Source: Pseudomonadota bacterium
GTDB lineage: Bacteria; Pseudomonadota; Gammaproteobacteria; UBA9214
Length of the DNA stretch: 64,000 bases
Direction: 5' to 3'
Assembly (NCBI GenBank): GCA_039714155.1
Contig: JBDLJX010000001.1
Location: forward strand, 1,257-65,256
Shown: positions 31,992 to 41,795 of the stretch, piece by piece
Layout: every line of letters starts with the position of its first letter
Numbering within the stretch: position 1 is the stretch's first letter
Made by a program: the position numbers and the translations under genes
Notes under the pieces: generated by a model
The model's input: only the letters and a program-made list of their open reading frames with translations
Told to the model about the DNA's origin: nothing
Database searches by the model: none

Positions 31992-33478
31992 ACCGGCCCG
32001 GCCTGTACGTTCATGACCTGCCGGAGCTCGGCAATCACATCCCGCGCCAGCAGCCCGCGCTCACCGCCAGCCGCCGCCCGGTCACCCGCCTGACCGTGCA
32101 CGCACACAGCCAGTCTGGCCGCATCCGGCAACGCCAGTCTCTGTGCAACCAGTGCGGCAATCACGCCGCTCAGCACATCACCCATACCGGCAGTCGCCAT
32201 GCCCGGATTACCGGCCGTGCAAACCGCAATTGGCCGGTCAGCCGTGCAAACCAGTGAGCCGGCGCCCTTCAGCACCACGCTGCCGCCGTACCGGTCCACC
32301 AGCGCCCGCACCGAGGCAAAACGGTCATGCTGTATGTCCGTCACCGATTGCGCCAACAAACGTGCAGCCTCACCGGGATGGGGTGTAATGATCCAGTTTT
32401 CACGGCTGATCGGGTCCAGTGCCAGCAGGTTCAGCGCATCGGCGTCGACGATCAGCGGCAGTTTTGCCTGCAACACCATGGCCAGTAATTGCTGCGACCA
32501 TGCCGAGCGCCCCAGCCCGGGACCGATGGCCACAACCGTTGCCCGCGACAACAGCGGTTTGAGTTCGCGGGCATCGTCAATCCCGTGGCACATCAGTTCC
32601 GGACAGGCGGCACTGATTAGCGCGGCATGTGCTGACCGGGTTGCGATACTGACCAGCCCGGCACCACAGCGCAGGGCGGCCAGCCCGGCAAGCTGCGCCG
32701 CACCACTCATGCCGGCTTCGCCGCCAATAATCAGCACATGACCGTGATCACCCTTGTGCGCGGTACGTGAGCGCTGCAGCACGGATGGCAAGCTGGACAC
32801 ACCTGTCACCAGTTCGGCCAGCACCAGCATCGACTGGTACACCGGGGCCGGCACCTGCAAATCATCAAACACGACCTTGCCGGACACCGCCGGGCCTTCA
32901 CCGGTGTACAAACCCTGCTTGCGACCGATAAAGGTCACGGTCATATCAGCATGCACAGCGGCACCCTGCACCCGGCCGGTATCGGCATGCAGCCCGCTCG
33001 GAATATCAACAGCCACCACCGGCTTGCCACTGTCGTTCAGCAACTGCACCGCTGTCAGCCAGTCATCGGCCAGCGGCCGCTCAAGACCGGTACCGAGCAT
33101 GGCATCGATGATCAGTTCGACATGCCCGGGGATCTCCGCAACAAAGGCCTCGACCTTGCCGCCGGCCGCCAGCCAGGCTTCACGCGCCATCAGGGCATCG
33201 CCCGTAATGCTTTCCGCATCGCCCAGCTGCATTAGCTGTACCGCGTCACCGGCTTCCAGTGCCAGGCGCGCAATGACATAGCCGTCACCACCGTTATTAC
33301 CCGTACCACACAGCACCAGCAGTGAATGCGCCTGCGGCCAGCAATTGCGAAGCCACTCCCGGACCGTCTTGCCGGCACGCGACATCAGGCTGTAGCCCGG
33401 GATGCCTGCCTGTTCTATGGCACAACGGTCGAGTTCCCGTACCTGTGCTGCGGTATAAAGCGGGTATGTGCGTAACAT
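31988..33478 (-). CDS. nnr: Bifunctional NAD(P)H-hydrate epimerase/dehydratase Nnr (YjeF)
   Basis: About 497 aa from MLRTYPLYTAAQVRELD; YjeF-N plus carbohydrate-kinase-like C-terminal domain; overlaps tsaE start. Confidence 0.88.
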   Translation of the reverse strand: MLRTYPLYTAAQVRELDRCAIEQAGIPGYSLMSRAGKTVREWLRNCWPQAHSLLVLCGTGNNGGDGYVIARLALEAGDAVQLMQLGDAESITGDALMAREAWLAAGGKVEAFVAEIPGHVELIIDAMLGTGLERPLADDWLTAVQLLNDSGKPVVAVDIPSGLHADTGRVQGAAVHADMTVTFIGRKQGLYTGEGPAVSGKVVFDDLQVPAPVYQSMLVLAELVTGVSSLPSVLQRSRTAHKGDHGHVLIIGGEAGMSGAAQLAGLAALRCGAGLVSIATRSAHAALISAACPELMCHGIDDARELKPLLSRATVVAIGPGLGRSAWSQQLLAMVLQAKLPLIVDADALNLLALDPISRENWIITPHPGEAARLLAQSVTDIQHDRFASVRALVDRYGGSVVLKGAGSLVCTADRPIAVCTAGNPGMATAGMGDVLSGVIAALVAQRLALPDAARLAVCVHGQAGDRAAAGGERGLLARDVIAELRQVMNVQAGPV

Positions 33479-33504
33479 AATGCCTTTGTTTAAGATGTCA
33501 GATG

Positions 33505-33725
33505 TGCTAGCCCACATTTCTCACCACGATGACGAGCCCTCGCTTGATCTTTGAATCCACAGCAGATTTTCTTCAGGTCGCTCCCGGCATCCTGCCTCCC
33601 GCGACACTTGTACTTCCCTGTACATCGTCGGAAATACAGTCCGTATTCCGCTCCTTCAGAAAATCTGCTGTGAATCCAAATCTCTGCGCGATCATCTCGC
33701 CCCGCGGTGAGAAGTGTGGGCTAGC
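33505..33725. repeat. Nested palindromic intergenic element (Q)
   Basis: Outer perfect 20-bp arms gctagcccacatttctcacc / ggtgagaagtgtgggctagc; inner arms gaatccacagcagattttct / agaaaatctgctgtgaatcc; central gtacttccctgtacatcg module related to 39412-39425 and 34921-34935. Confidence 0.75.
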
Positions 33726-33785
33726 CGGTCAATTACCCAATCAGAATACAGCAACATAACGTGAACCAGCCGCATAAATCCAGCC

Positions 33786-34868
33786 ATGACTGACACGCGC
33801 AACAACTTGCCACCGGCAGCCGACTATGAAGCACTTGCTGCACAGATCAAGTCGTGGGGCATGGAGCTGGGTTTTCAGCAGGTCGGTATTGCCCGGGCCG
33901 AGCTTGACGATGACGAGGCCTGGTTACTGGACTGGCTGGCACACGGGTATCACGGTGACATGGACTACATGCAGCGCCATGGCACCCGTCGCAGCCGACC
34001 ACCGGAACTGTTGCCGGGTACCGTCCGGGTCATCTCGGTGCGCATGGATTACTGGCCAGCCGATGCCACACCGGCAGAATCGGTCCTCGAAGATCCGGCC
34101 ATGGCCTACCTGTCGCGTTATGCCATGGGACGCGACTACCACAAGGTGTTGCGCAAACGCCTGCAGCAACTCGCCGATCGTATCGAGGCCAGTACCGGAC
34201 CATTCATCTACCGCGCCTTTACCGACAGCGCACCGGTACTGGAAAAGGCGCTGGCGCGGAATGCCGGGCTTGGCTGGATCGGCAAACACACCAACCTGAT
34301 CAATGCACAGGCCGGTTCGTGGTTTTTTCTCGGTGAGCTCTATACCAGCCTGCCGCTGCCCGAGGACATGCCCGGCGATGACCACTGCGGCACCTGCCAG
34401 TCCTGTATCGATGCCTGTCCGACCCATGCCATCATTGCACCCTGGAAGCTGGATGCACGTTTGTGTATTTCCTATCTCACCATCGAATTGCGCGGCAGTA
34501 TCCCGGAACACCTGCGACCCCTGATCGGTAACCGCATCTACGGCTGCGACGACTGCCAGCTGGTCTGCCCGTGGAACCGCTTTGCCGGCCCGACCGATGA
34601 AGCCGATTTCCGGGTGCGCAATGGCCTGGACGCTGCCAGCCTCATGGAACTGTTCAGCTGGAGTGCCGATGAATTTGCCGAACGCCTGCAGGGCAGTCCC
34701 ATATACCGCATCGGCCATGACTGCTGGCTGCGCAACATTGCCGTGGCTCTTGGCAACGCGCCGACCTCACACGCGGTGATAGAAGCCCTTAATAAACGCA
34801 AGGATGACGCCTCGGCGCTGGTACGCGAGCATGTCGCCTGGGCGCTGGCGCAGCATGGAGAAACATAA
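33786..34868 (+). CDS. queG: Epoxyqueuosine reductase QueG
   Basis: 360 aa; two 4Fe-4S ferredoxin motifs (CGTCQSCIDACP, CDDCQLVCPWN); divergent from nnr as in E. coli. Confidence 0.92.
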   Translation: MTDTRNNLPPAADYEALAAQIKSWGMELGFQQVGIARAELDDDEAWLLDWLAHGYHGDMDYMQRHGTRRSRPPELLPGTVRVISVRMDYWPADATPAESVLEDPAMAYLSRYAMGRDYHKVLRKRLQQLADRIEASTGPFIYRAFTDSAPVLEKALARNAGLGWIGKHTNLINAQAGSWFFLGELYTSLPLPEDMPGDDHCGTCQSCIDACPTHAIIAPWKLDARLCISYLTIELRGSIPEHLRPLIGNRIYGCDDCQLVCPWNRFAGPTDEADFRVRNGLDAASLMELFSWSADEFAERLQGSPIYRIGHDCWLRNIAVALGNAPTSHAVIEALNKRKDDASALVREHVAWALAQHGET

Positions 34869-34879
34869 AAACCGGGAAT

Positions 34880-35103
34880 ATCTCACCGCAAAAGCTTCCA
34901 CTCCTGCTCACACCCCTTACCTACATCCCTGTAGGCAAGGCGCCAAGGACGCAAAGAAAACATCTAAAAATTGCCACGGAATCCACGGAAGAACACGGAA
35001 AAATAAATAAAAACACAAATCTGACGCAACAAGAATTTATTATCTTTTTTCCGTGTAATTCCGTGTTCTTCCGTGGTAAAAATGTTTTTTTGCGCCTCTG
35101 CAG
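34880..35103. repeat. MITE-like long palindromic element R3
   Basis: Contains the same ccacggaagaacacggaa...ttccgtgttcttccgtgg hairpin and gacgcaaag arms as R2; abuts rsmI stop. Confidence 0.8.
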
Positions 35104-35952
35104 TTAATCTTTTTTCAATTCCAGTCCGTAACTGTAAAGCGTGTTTTTCGGGACCCCGGTAATGCTGGCAGTCAATGCGGCCGCCTGTTTCAACGGCAAC
35201 TCCTGCATCAGGATCCCCAGCACCCGCCGGGCATCCATATCGACGGTTTCCGCCTCCGCTTCCGGCCGGCCATGCACGACAATGACAAATTCACCCTTCT
35301 GCTGCTGGCTATCATCCAATAGCCAGTCGAACAACTCTGCCAGTGTGCCCCCCTGACTGGTCTCGAAGGTCTTGGTCAGCTCCCGTGCCAACACCGCCTG
35401 ACGGTCCCCGCCAAACACTGTCACCATGTCCGCGAGGCAGTCCATAATCCGGTGCGAAGACTCGTAGAACACCAGCGTGCGTGGCTCATCGCGGAGCAGT
35501 TCCAGCCGTTTGCCACGCGCTACCTGCTTTGCTGGCAGAAATCCCTCGAATACAAACCGGTCAGTCGGCAGTCCGGCGATGGACAGCGCTGCAATACATG
35601 CCGCCGGCCCGGGTACGGTCACGACGGGAATACCGGCCTGGCGGGCTGCGCGCACCAGGAAAAAGCCGGGGTCACTGATCAACGGCGTACCGGCATCCGA
35701 GATCAACGCAATATCCTCACCATGGCCCAGGGCCTGCAACAGCGACTGCGTCTGTTCACGCTCATTGTGCTCATGCAAGGCGACCATGGACGTATTGATG
35801 CCGAAATGCAGCATCAGCTTGCGGCTGTGCCGGGTATCTTCAGCGGCAACCCGCGAGACACGGGCAAGTGTCTCGGTGGCCCGGGCCGACATATCCTGCA
35901 GATTTCCGATGGGTGTTGCGACGACGTACAACACACCCGTATTCGCCGGCAT
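35104..35952 (-). CDS. rsmI: 16S rRNA (cytidine1402-2'-O)-methyltransferase RsmI
   Basis: 282 aa; LYVVATPIGNLQD tetrapyrrole-methylase-like motif. Confidence 0.92.
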   Translation of the reverse strand: MPANTGVLYVVATPIGNLQDMSARATETLARVSRVAAEDTRHSRKLMLHFGINTSMVALHEHNEREQTQSLLQALGHGEDIALISDAGTPLISDPGFFLVRAARQAGIPVVTVPGPAACIAALSIAGLPTDRFVFEGFLPAKQVARGKRLELLRDEPRTLVFYESSHRIMDCLADMVTVFGGDRQAVLARELTKTFETSQGGTLAELFDWLLDDSQQQKGEFVIVVHGRPEAEAETVDMDARRVLGILMQELPLKQAAALTASITGVPKNTLYSYGLELKKD

Positions 35953-36101
35953 ATGTTTCTCCTGTTAGCGACAAGCCCGTGCATCCTAGCAAAAAACACC
36001 CGGACACAATGGCCTGCGACGGCATCGGTAGACGTCATCGCCGCTTTTCAGTAGAGTCACCGCATTCTTCCGAACAGCCGCCGGTTACCCGAAGCAACAG
36101 C

Positions 36102-38015
36102 ATGTCCCTGTCCAGATTTTTCCCTGCACTGTACCTGATGGTTCTGCTTGGCCTGTTGCAGCTTGCCGGCTGTACCGGTGGCGTGCGCCCCGAGGCCCCT
36201 GCCCTTGATACCCGACTGCAGCAACAGGTGCAGGCCATGGAACTGGCCGGCGACTTCCAGGGTGCCGCAGCCCTCTACCTGCAACAGGCCGAACAGGCGC
36301 GCTCACCACAACACGAGGAGCTGCTGCTGCTCGCGGTTGCCAGCCTGATTCGTGCCGGAGAGCCGGAGCAGGCAACGACCATTCTCGACAGCCTGTCACC
36401 GGGGCAACTGACGGAACGCCAGCAACAGGCCTACACGGTAAACCGTGCACAACTGGCGATCCTGACCCGGCATCCGGATGAGGCCCTCGAGTTACTGCAG
36501 GATGTCCCGGAGAGTGGCGCATACGTTGGCGAATACCGTCGCCTGCGGGCAGAGGCCCTGTTCGGGCAGCACAACTATTACCTGGCGGCGCGCGAGCGAG
36601 TCGCGCTCGACCCCCTGCTTGCTACCGATCCGGATGCGCAACTGGATAACCAGTTCGGCATCTGGCAAGCCCTGAACGGCCTGTCTGACAGCGAACTCCA
36701 GCAACTACGCATGGCACCGCCACCGGATACCCTGAGTGGCTGGATGGAACTGGTGGAACTCACCCGCCTGTACCTGCAACAACCGGATGCACTCACAGAG
36801 GTCATTCCGCACTGGCAAATGCGTTACCCCGGCCATCCTGCCAGTGGACCGTTTATCGACCAACTGCTCGTCAACATGCGGACTGCCGGCCAGCCACCTG
36901 CACAGGTTGCGGTACTGCTACCCTTGACCGGCAAGCTTGCCGGACCCGCTACTACGATACGTGACGGCATATTTGCAGCCTACTACGACACGCCTGAGCA
37001 CCTGCGCAAATCGGTGTTACATGTGTATGATACGGGCGCAGACCCGCTGGCAGTCGCTGCGGTATATGAGCAGGCCGTGCAGGATGGCTCGCAATTTGTC
37101 ATCGGCCCCTTGCGCAAAGCGGCGGTCGAGGCACTGATACAACAGGAGCAATTGCCGGTACCGGTACTGGCGCTGAACCATGTCAACAGCCAGGAGTTCT
37201 TCAACCCGTCCGTCTTCCAGTTTGGTCTGGCACCGGAAGATGAGGCCCGCGAAGCTGCCCGACACGCCTGGCAGGAAGGCTACAGCCGCGCCCTTGTCCT
37301 GGTACCGGAAGGCGACTGGGCTGACCGTGTCACGTCCGCGTTTATCGATGAGTGGCTGCAGCTTGGCGGATATATTCTCGAGCAACAACACTATAAAGCC
37401 GGTGAGGCAGATCACGGCCCGGCCATCAGTGCCCTGCTGAACCTTGACAGCAGCAAGGCCCGTAAATTGCGCCTGGTCCGCCTGCTTGGCCAGCCACTCG
37501 ATTTCGAACCACGCCGCCGCCAGGATGTTGACTTCATCTTCCTGCTGGCCAACCCGGAACAGGCACGGCTGATTCGCCCGCAGCTGAAGTTCTACCGCGC
37601 CTCGAGTGTGCCGGTACTGAGCACATCACGTGTCTATACCGGCCGTATCGACACGGCCCGCGATATCGACATGAATGGCCTGCAATTCTGCGATATGCCC
37701 TGGACACTGGCCAATGACAGCAACTGGCAGCACCTGAAGCGGGCAATGACCGATCACTGGCCGTCAGCAAGTGCGCGTTTCAGCCGCCTGCAGGCCCTCG
37801 GCATCGATGCCTGGCGCATCACCCCCTATCTTGGCCAGCTGGGTGGCGGCATGTTTGGCACTTATCACGGCGTCACGGGAACCCTGCAGGTTGATTCCAG
37901 TCAACAGATACACCGTTCACTGCAATGGGCACAATTCCAGCGCGGTCAACCGGTCGCGGTTGCCGCACCGGTCGAGATCAACACAGAAACAGGAACAACA
38001 CCGGCAGCACCATGA
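36102..38015 (+). CDS. lpoA: Penicillin-binding protein activator LpoA
   Basis: About 637 aa from MSLSRFFPALYLMVLLGLLQLAGC (lipobox); TPR-like N-terminal domain plus periplasmic-binding-like C-terminal domain; divergent from rsmI as in E. coli. Confidence 0.88.
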   Translation: MSLSRFFPALYLMVLLGLLQLAGCTGGVRPEAPALDTRLQQQVQAMELAGDFQGAAALYLQQAEQARSPQHEELLLLAVASLIRAGEPEQATTILDSLSPGQLTERQQQAYTVNRAQLAILTRHPDEALELLQDVPESGAYVGEYRRLRAEALFGQHNYYLAARERVALDPLLATDPDAQLDNQFGIWQALNGLSDSELQQLRMAPPPDTLSGWMELVELTRLYLQQPDALTEVIPHWQMRYPGHPASGPFIDQLLVNMRTAGQPPAQVAVLLPLTGKLAGPATTIRDGIFAAYYDTPEHLRKSVLHVYDTGADPLAVAAVYEQAVQDGSQFVIGPLRKAAVEALIQQEQLPVPVLALNHVNSQEFFNPSVFQFGLAPEDEAREAARHAWQEGYSRALVLVPEGDWADRVTSAFIDEWLQLGGYILEQQHYKAGEADHGPAISALLNLDSSKARKLRLVRLLGQPLDFEPRRRQDVDFIFLLANPEQARLIRPQLKFYRASSVPVLSTSRVYTGRIDTARDIDMNGLQFCDMPWTLANDSNWQHLKRAMTDHWPSASARFSRLQALGIDAWRITPYLGQLGGGMFGTYHGVTGTLQVDSSQQIHRSLQWAQFQRGQPVAVAAPVEINTETGTTPAAP

Positions 38016-38377
38016 AAACGGTTGATACTGGCAGGGAAGCCGAAAGCTGCGCCTGCACTTACCTGCAGCAACACGGCCTGTCATTACTGGAACGCAACTA
38101 CCGCAGCCGTCGCGGTGAAATCGACCTGATCATGAACGATGGCAAGTACCTGGTCTTCGTCGAAGTCAGGTACCGGCGTGGCTCCACCTTCGGCTCCGGC
38201 GCAGAAAGCGTTGACGGCCGCAAACAGGCAAAAATCAGCGCCTGCGCACAGTATTATCTGCAGCAATACCCGCATGCCGCCAGCCGACCCTGCCGCTTTG
38301 ACGTGATATCGATATCAGGCGCACGGGAACCCCGTAAAATCCAGTGGACCCGGGATGCCTTCCCGGCTTTGGGTTAG
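38012..38377 (+). CDS. yraN: YraN family (UPF0102) endonuclease-like protein
   Basis: 121 aa from MKTVDTGREAESCACTYLQQHGLSLLERNYR; start overlaps lpoA stop. Confidence 0.85.
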   Translation: MKTVDTGREAESCACTYLQQHGLSLLERNYRSRRGEIDLIMNDGKYLVFVEVRYRRGSTFGSGAESVDGRKQAKISACAQYYLQQYPHAASRPCRFDVISISGAREPRKIQWTRDAFPALG

Positions 38378-38430
38378 AATAAAGCGGCGCGCAGGACTTG
38401 TACTCCATCAAGGTGATATTGTCGGGTTCA

Positions 38431-38518
38431 GCGCTCCTGTGGTGTCTCGCAGCAAGGCGCCGTGCGCAGGCAATGGCCTTAGTCCTTGTCAAGCATGGCA
38501 ACGCCGCTGCGGGGCACC
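38431..38518. repeat. Palindromic element S1 (arms gcgctcctgtggtg / caccacaggagcgc)
   Basis: Perfect 14-bp arms enclosing about 60 bp; its interior is related (inverted) to the interior of the adjacent element 38526-38623. Confidence 0.7.
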
Positions 38519-38525
38519 ACAGGAG

Positions 38526-38623
38526 CGCCCGAAGGGTTGGTCTGTCAGCGTCCATGGCTGCGTTCCGCCTCTTGGAAAGGACTATGGCCATTCCCTGCGA
38601 GGCGCGCCTTGCCCTGAACACTG
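38526..38623. repeat. Palindromic element S2 (arms ggttggtctgtcag / ctgacagaccaac)
   Basis: Perfect 13-14 bp arms; interior aatggccatagtcctttccaagaggcggaacgcagccatgg is an inverted, diverged copy of S1 interior. Confidence 0.7.
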
Positions 38624-38691
38624 ACAGACCAACTGAACCCGGCAATATCATCTTGAAGGAGTACTAACACATTAACAGGAGACGCAAACCC

Positions 38692-39279
38692 ATGACCCTC
38701 ATCAGATCCATCGTTGCCGTACTTATCCTCTGTAACATGGCATACGGATGCGCACCCCTTGTTATTGGTGGTGCCGTAGCTGCCGGCGGCGGTGCTGCCT
38801 ACAGCCGACGCTCGACCGGAGCCCAGCTCGATGACGAAGGCATTGAAATCAAGGCCATCAGAGAGCTTGCCGAGGACCAGCAAGTCAGGGAACAGGCCCA
38901 CGTCAACGTGATCAGTTACAACGGTGTGGTACTGCTGGTTGGCCAGGCACCGACTGAAGCAATGCGTGCCCGGGTCGAGACCATTGTGAAGAACATCCCC
39001 AAGGTACGTCTGACCCATAATGAAATGACCGTCGCGGCACCCAATTCATTCACAGCCCGCAGCAGTGACACCATCATCACCAGCAAGGTCAAAACCAATG
39101 TCCTTGGCATCATCGAGCATGACGACAGCATTGGCCTGCGCACCAAGGTGGTCACCGAGAATGGCATCGTCTACCTGATGGGACTCCTGTCACGGCAGGA
39201 AGCCGACGCCGTCACCAATGCCGCGCGCCAGGTTGGCGGTGTGCAGCGTGTCGTGAAATTATTTGAATATACAGACTGA
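38692..39279 (+). CDS. dolP: Division/outer-membrane lipoprotein DolP (YraP), dual BON domains
   Basis: 195 aa; signal plus lipobox (CNMAYGC); two BON domains; synteny lpoA-yraN-dolP, with diaA absent. Confidence 0.85.
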   Translation: MTLIRSIVAVLILCNMAYGCAPLVIGGAVAAGGGAAYSRRSTGAQLDDEGIEIKAIRELAEDQQVREQAHVNVISYNGVVLLVGQAPTEAMRARVETIVKNIPKVRLTHNEMTVAAPNSFTARSSDTIITSKVKTNVLGIIEHDDSIGLRTKVVTENGIVYLMGLLSRQEADAVTNAARQVGGVQRVVKLFEYTD

Positions 39280-39370
39280 TAACAACAGATACAGAACCAA
39301 GTCAGACTGAGCACCGGTTTTTTATTGGACTCTTCGCCTGATCGAGTGGATCAACAAGCACAGCAAGGTC

Positions 39371-39477
39371 ACTTGGGGCAAGGTGGCTTCTCAAGACACG
39401 CTGCAAGTACCTCCCTGTACGCTCGATGGCCGCGTCCCTGCGGCCAACGGTCTTGAGAAGCCACCTTGCCCCGAGTG
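39371..39477. repeat. Long hairpin element P (about 28-bp arms)
   Basis: cacttggggcaaggtggcttctcaagac / gtcttgagaagccaccttgccccgagtg; loop carries the gtacctccctgtacgctcg module. Confidence 0.75.
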
Positions 39478-39506
39478 TAACTACGCAGCTGTTCTCGTCT
39501 TCAGAT

Positions 39507-40193
39507 TCAGGTCACCGGATTCAGATGAATCTCGACACGCCGGTTGAGCGAGCGTCCTTCAGGAGTATGGTTATCGGCGATCGGCTGAATCTCGCCCACC
39601 CCCTGGGTATAGATACGGGATGGCAGTACTTCCTGGCTTTCCAGGTAGCGCCCTACGCTGCTGGCACGCTGTTCCGACAGTCGCTGGTTGTAGTCTGCCG
39701 CACCGGTACTGTCGGTATGCCCCATGACATCCACGTAGGTCTGCTCGAATTCATTAATGACCAGCGCCACTGAATCCAGCACGGCGTAGAAATCGGCGGA
39801 AATGTTGCTGGAATTCGTTGCAAACGTTACGTTACCCGGCATATTCAGGATGACGGTATCACCACTGCGGGTGACGCTGACGCCGGTACCCTGTAACCGG
39901 GCACGCAGCTTGGCCTCCTCACGGTCCATGTAGTTACCGATGGCACCACCGGTCAGCGCACCGATACCGGCACCGACCAGGACTGCCTTGCGCTTGCCAC
40001 TGAACAGTGCCCCGGCAAGCGCCCCGGCAGCAGCACCAATGCCGGCGCCCTTGGCGGTATTGCTGGTCTTCTGTTCACCGGTATACGGGTCCATGGTCTG
40101 GCATCCACCCAGCGCCAGCGTAATGGCAGCCGCGAGGACGACCACGCGGCCATTGAGGGGACGGTAACGTCTGGTCAGGCTATCTTCAGTCAT
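39507..40193 (-). CDS. OmpA-family lipoprotein with glycine-zipper region (YfiB/Pal-like)
   Basis: 228 aa; lipobox LALGGC; Gly-zipper GAGIGAAAGALAGA; C-terminal OmpA_C peptidoglycan-binding domain (NQRLSEQRA, NRRVEI). Confidence 0.85.
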   Translation of the reverse strand: MTEDSLTRRYRPLNGRVVVLAAAITLALGGCQTMDPYTGEQKTSNTAKGAGIGAAAGALAGALFSGKRKAVLVGAGIGALTGGAIGNYMDREEAKLRARLQGTGVSVTRSGDTVILNMPGNVTFATNSSNISADFYAVLDSVALVINEFEQTYVDVMGHTDSTGAADYNQRLSEQRASSVGRYLESQEVLPSRIYTQGVGEIQPIADNHTPEGRSLNRRVEIHLNPVT

Positions 40194-40309
40194 GAAACTT
40201 GCTCCAAGGTTACGATGATACGGCCAACCCGGCTGATTGTCGGGCCGGGGCGCGCCCTGATTTCGGACTACCTTTATACAACAGCTGCAATATTTTGACA
40301 GCCCAATTG

Positions 40310-41713
40310 TTAACGTTTTCTGCCCCTGGTGTGCTTCATCAGGCGGCGTTTACGGCCCACCTGTCGCTGGGTGAGCTTGTTTTTCCTGCCCTTGAAGGGG
40401 TTACTGCCGGTCTTGAACTCGATACGGACCGGTGTACCGACGAGGCGCAGGGCCGAACGGAAGGTGTTTACCAGGTAGCGGCGGTAGGCCGCCGGCACCC
40501 GTTCCGTCTGGTTGCCATGGATCACCACCAGCGGCGGGTTCCGGCCACCCTGGTGTGCATAACGCAGCTTGATACGCCGACCTTTTACCAGCGGCGGCTG
40601 GTGGGCCTGCACGGCCTGTTCCAGTATCTGTGTCAGTTTCGGTGTCGACAGTTCCCGCATGGCCGAGGCATGCGCCGCGACAATGTCCGGGAACAAATCG
40701 CCGACACCGGTACCATGCAGTGCCGATATGAAATGGACACTGGCAAAGCCGAGAAACGGCAATTTCAGTTCCAGCTGGTCCTTGATGCGCTCGCGGTCAT
40801 GCGGATCCAGACCGTCCCACTTGTTAATGGCAATAACCAGTGCGCGCCCCTTCTCGGCGATGTAACCGGCCAGGGATGCATCCTGTTCACTGATACCCTC
40901 ATGGGCATCGAGCACCAGCACAACCACGTTTGCCGCGGAAATGGCCTGCAGTGTCTTGATGATACTGAACTTCTCGATCGTTTCACTGACCCTTGCCTTG
41001 CGTCGTACACCTGCCGTATCAATCAGTGTATAGGCGGTACCGTCACGTTCAAACGGGATAAAGATGCTGTCACGCGTGGTACCCGGCTGGTCAAAGGCAA
41101 GCACCCGCTGTTCGCCGAGAATTCGATTGATCAGGGTGGACTTGCCGACATTGGGCCGACCGACAACGGCCGCACGGATGCTGTCGTCTGCGGCTGTTTC
41201 GTCCGCTGCCGGTGTTGCCGGTTCCGGCAACGCCGCCATTGCGGCTGCCAGCAAGCTGTCGACACCCCGTCCATGCGTGGCAGATATCGGCCACGGCTCA
41301 CCCATGCCCAGCGCATGAAACTCGGCAATGGCCGCATCGGCATCGATACCGTCCGTTTTGTTTACCACCAGCATGACCCGCTTGCCGGTACGCCGCAGTG
41401 CCTCGGCAATGGCCTCGTCCCCGCCACCCATACCATCACGGCCATCGACCATGAAAAACACCTGGTCGGCTTCCCCGATTGCCTGCCACGCCTGCTCGGC
41501 CATCAGGCTGTCGAGGCTCTCCCGCTCACCGGATAGTCCGCCGGTATCGACAACGATGAAGGGCCGCTCACCCAGGCGGCCATCACCGTACTTGCGATCA
41601 CGCGTCAGTCCCGGTACATCTGCCACCAGTGCATCGCGTGTACGTGTCAGCCGGTTGAACAACGTGGACTTGCCGACGTTGGGACGGCCGACCAGTGCGA
41701 TAACGGGGATCAT
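40310..41713 (-). CDS. der: Ribosome biogenesis GTPase Der (EngA)
   Basis: 467 aa; two G-domains (GRPNVGKST twice) plus KH-like C-terminus. Confidence 0.95.
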   Translation of the reverse strand: MIPVIALVGRPNVGKSTLFNRLTRTRDALVADVPGLTRDRKYGDGRLGERPFIVVDTGGLSGERESLDSLMAEQAWQAIGEADQVFFMVDGRDGMGGGDEAIAEALRRTGKRVMLVVNKTDGIDADAAIAEFHALGMGEPWPISATHGRGVDSLLAAAMAALPEPATPAADETAADDSIRAAVVGRPNVGKSTLINRILGEQRVLAFDQPGTTRDSIFIPFERDGTAYTLIDTAGVRRKARVSETIEKFSIIKTLQAISAANVVVLVLDAHEGISEQDASLAGYIAEKGRALVIAINKWDGLDPHDRERIKDQLELKLPFLGFASVHFISALHGTGVGDLFPDIVAAHASAMRELSTPKLTQILEQAVQAHQPPLVKGRRIKLRYAHQGGRNPPLVVIHGNQTERVPAAYRRYLVNTFRSALRLVGTPVRIEFKTGSNPFKGRKNKLTQRQVGRKRRLMKHTRGRKR

Positions 41714-41795
41714 GGGAGAGGGACAGGCTTCAGGCTGGAGGCAATGGTTACCCGCGGTTCAATATCCTTCAGCCCGGGACCTGCTGTCTTTTTTC

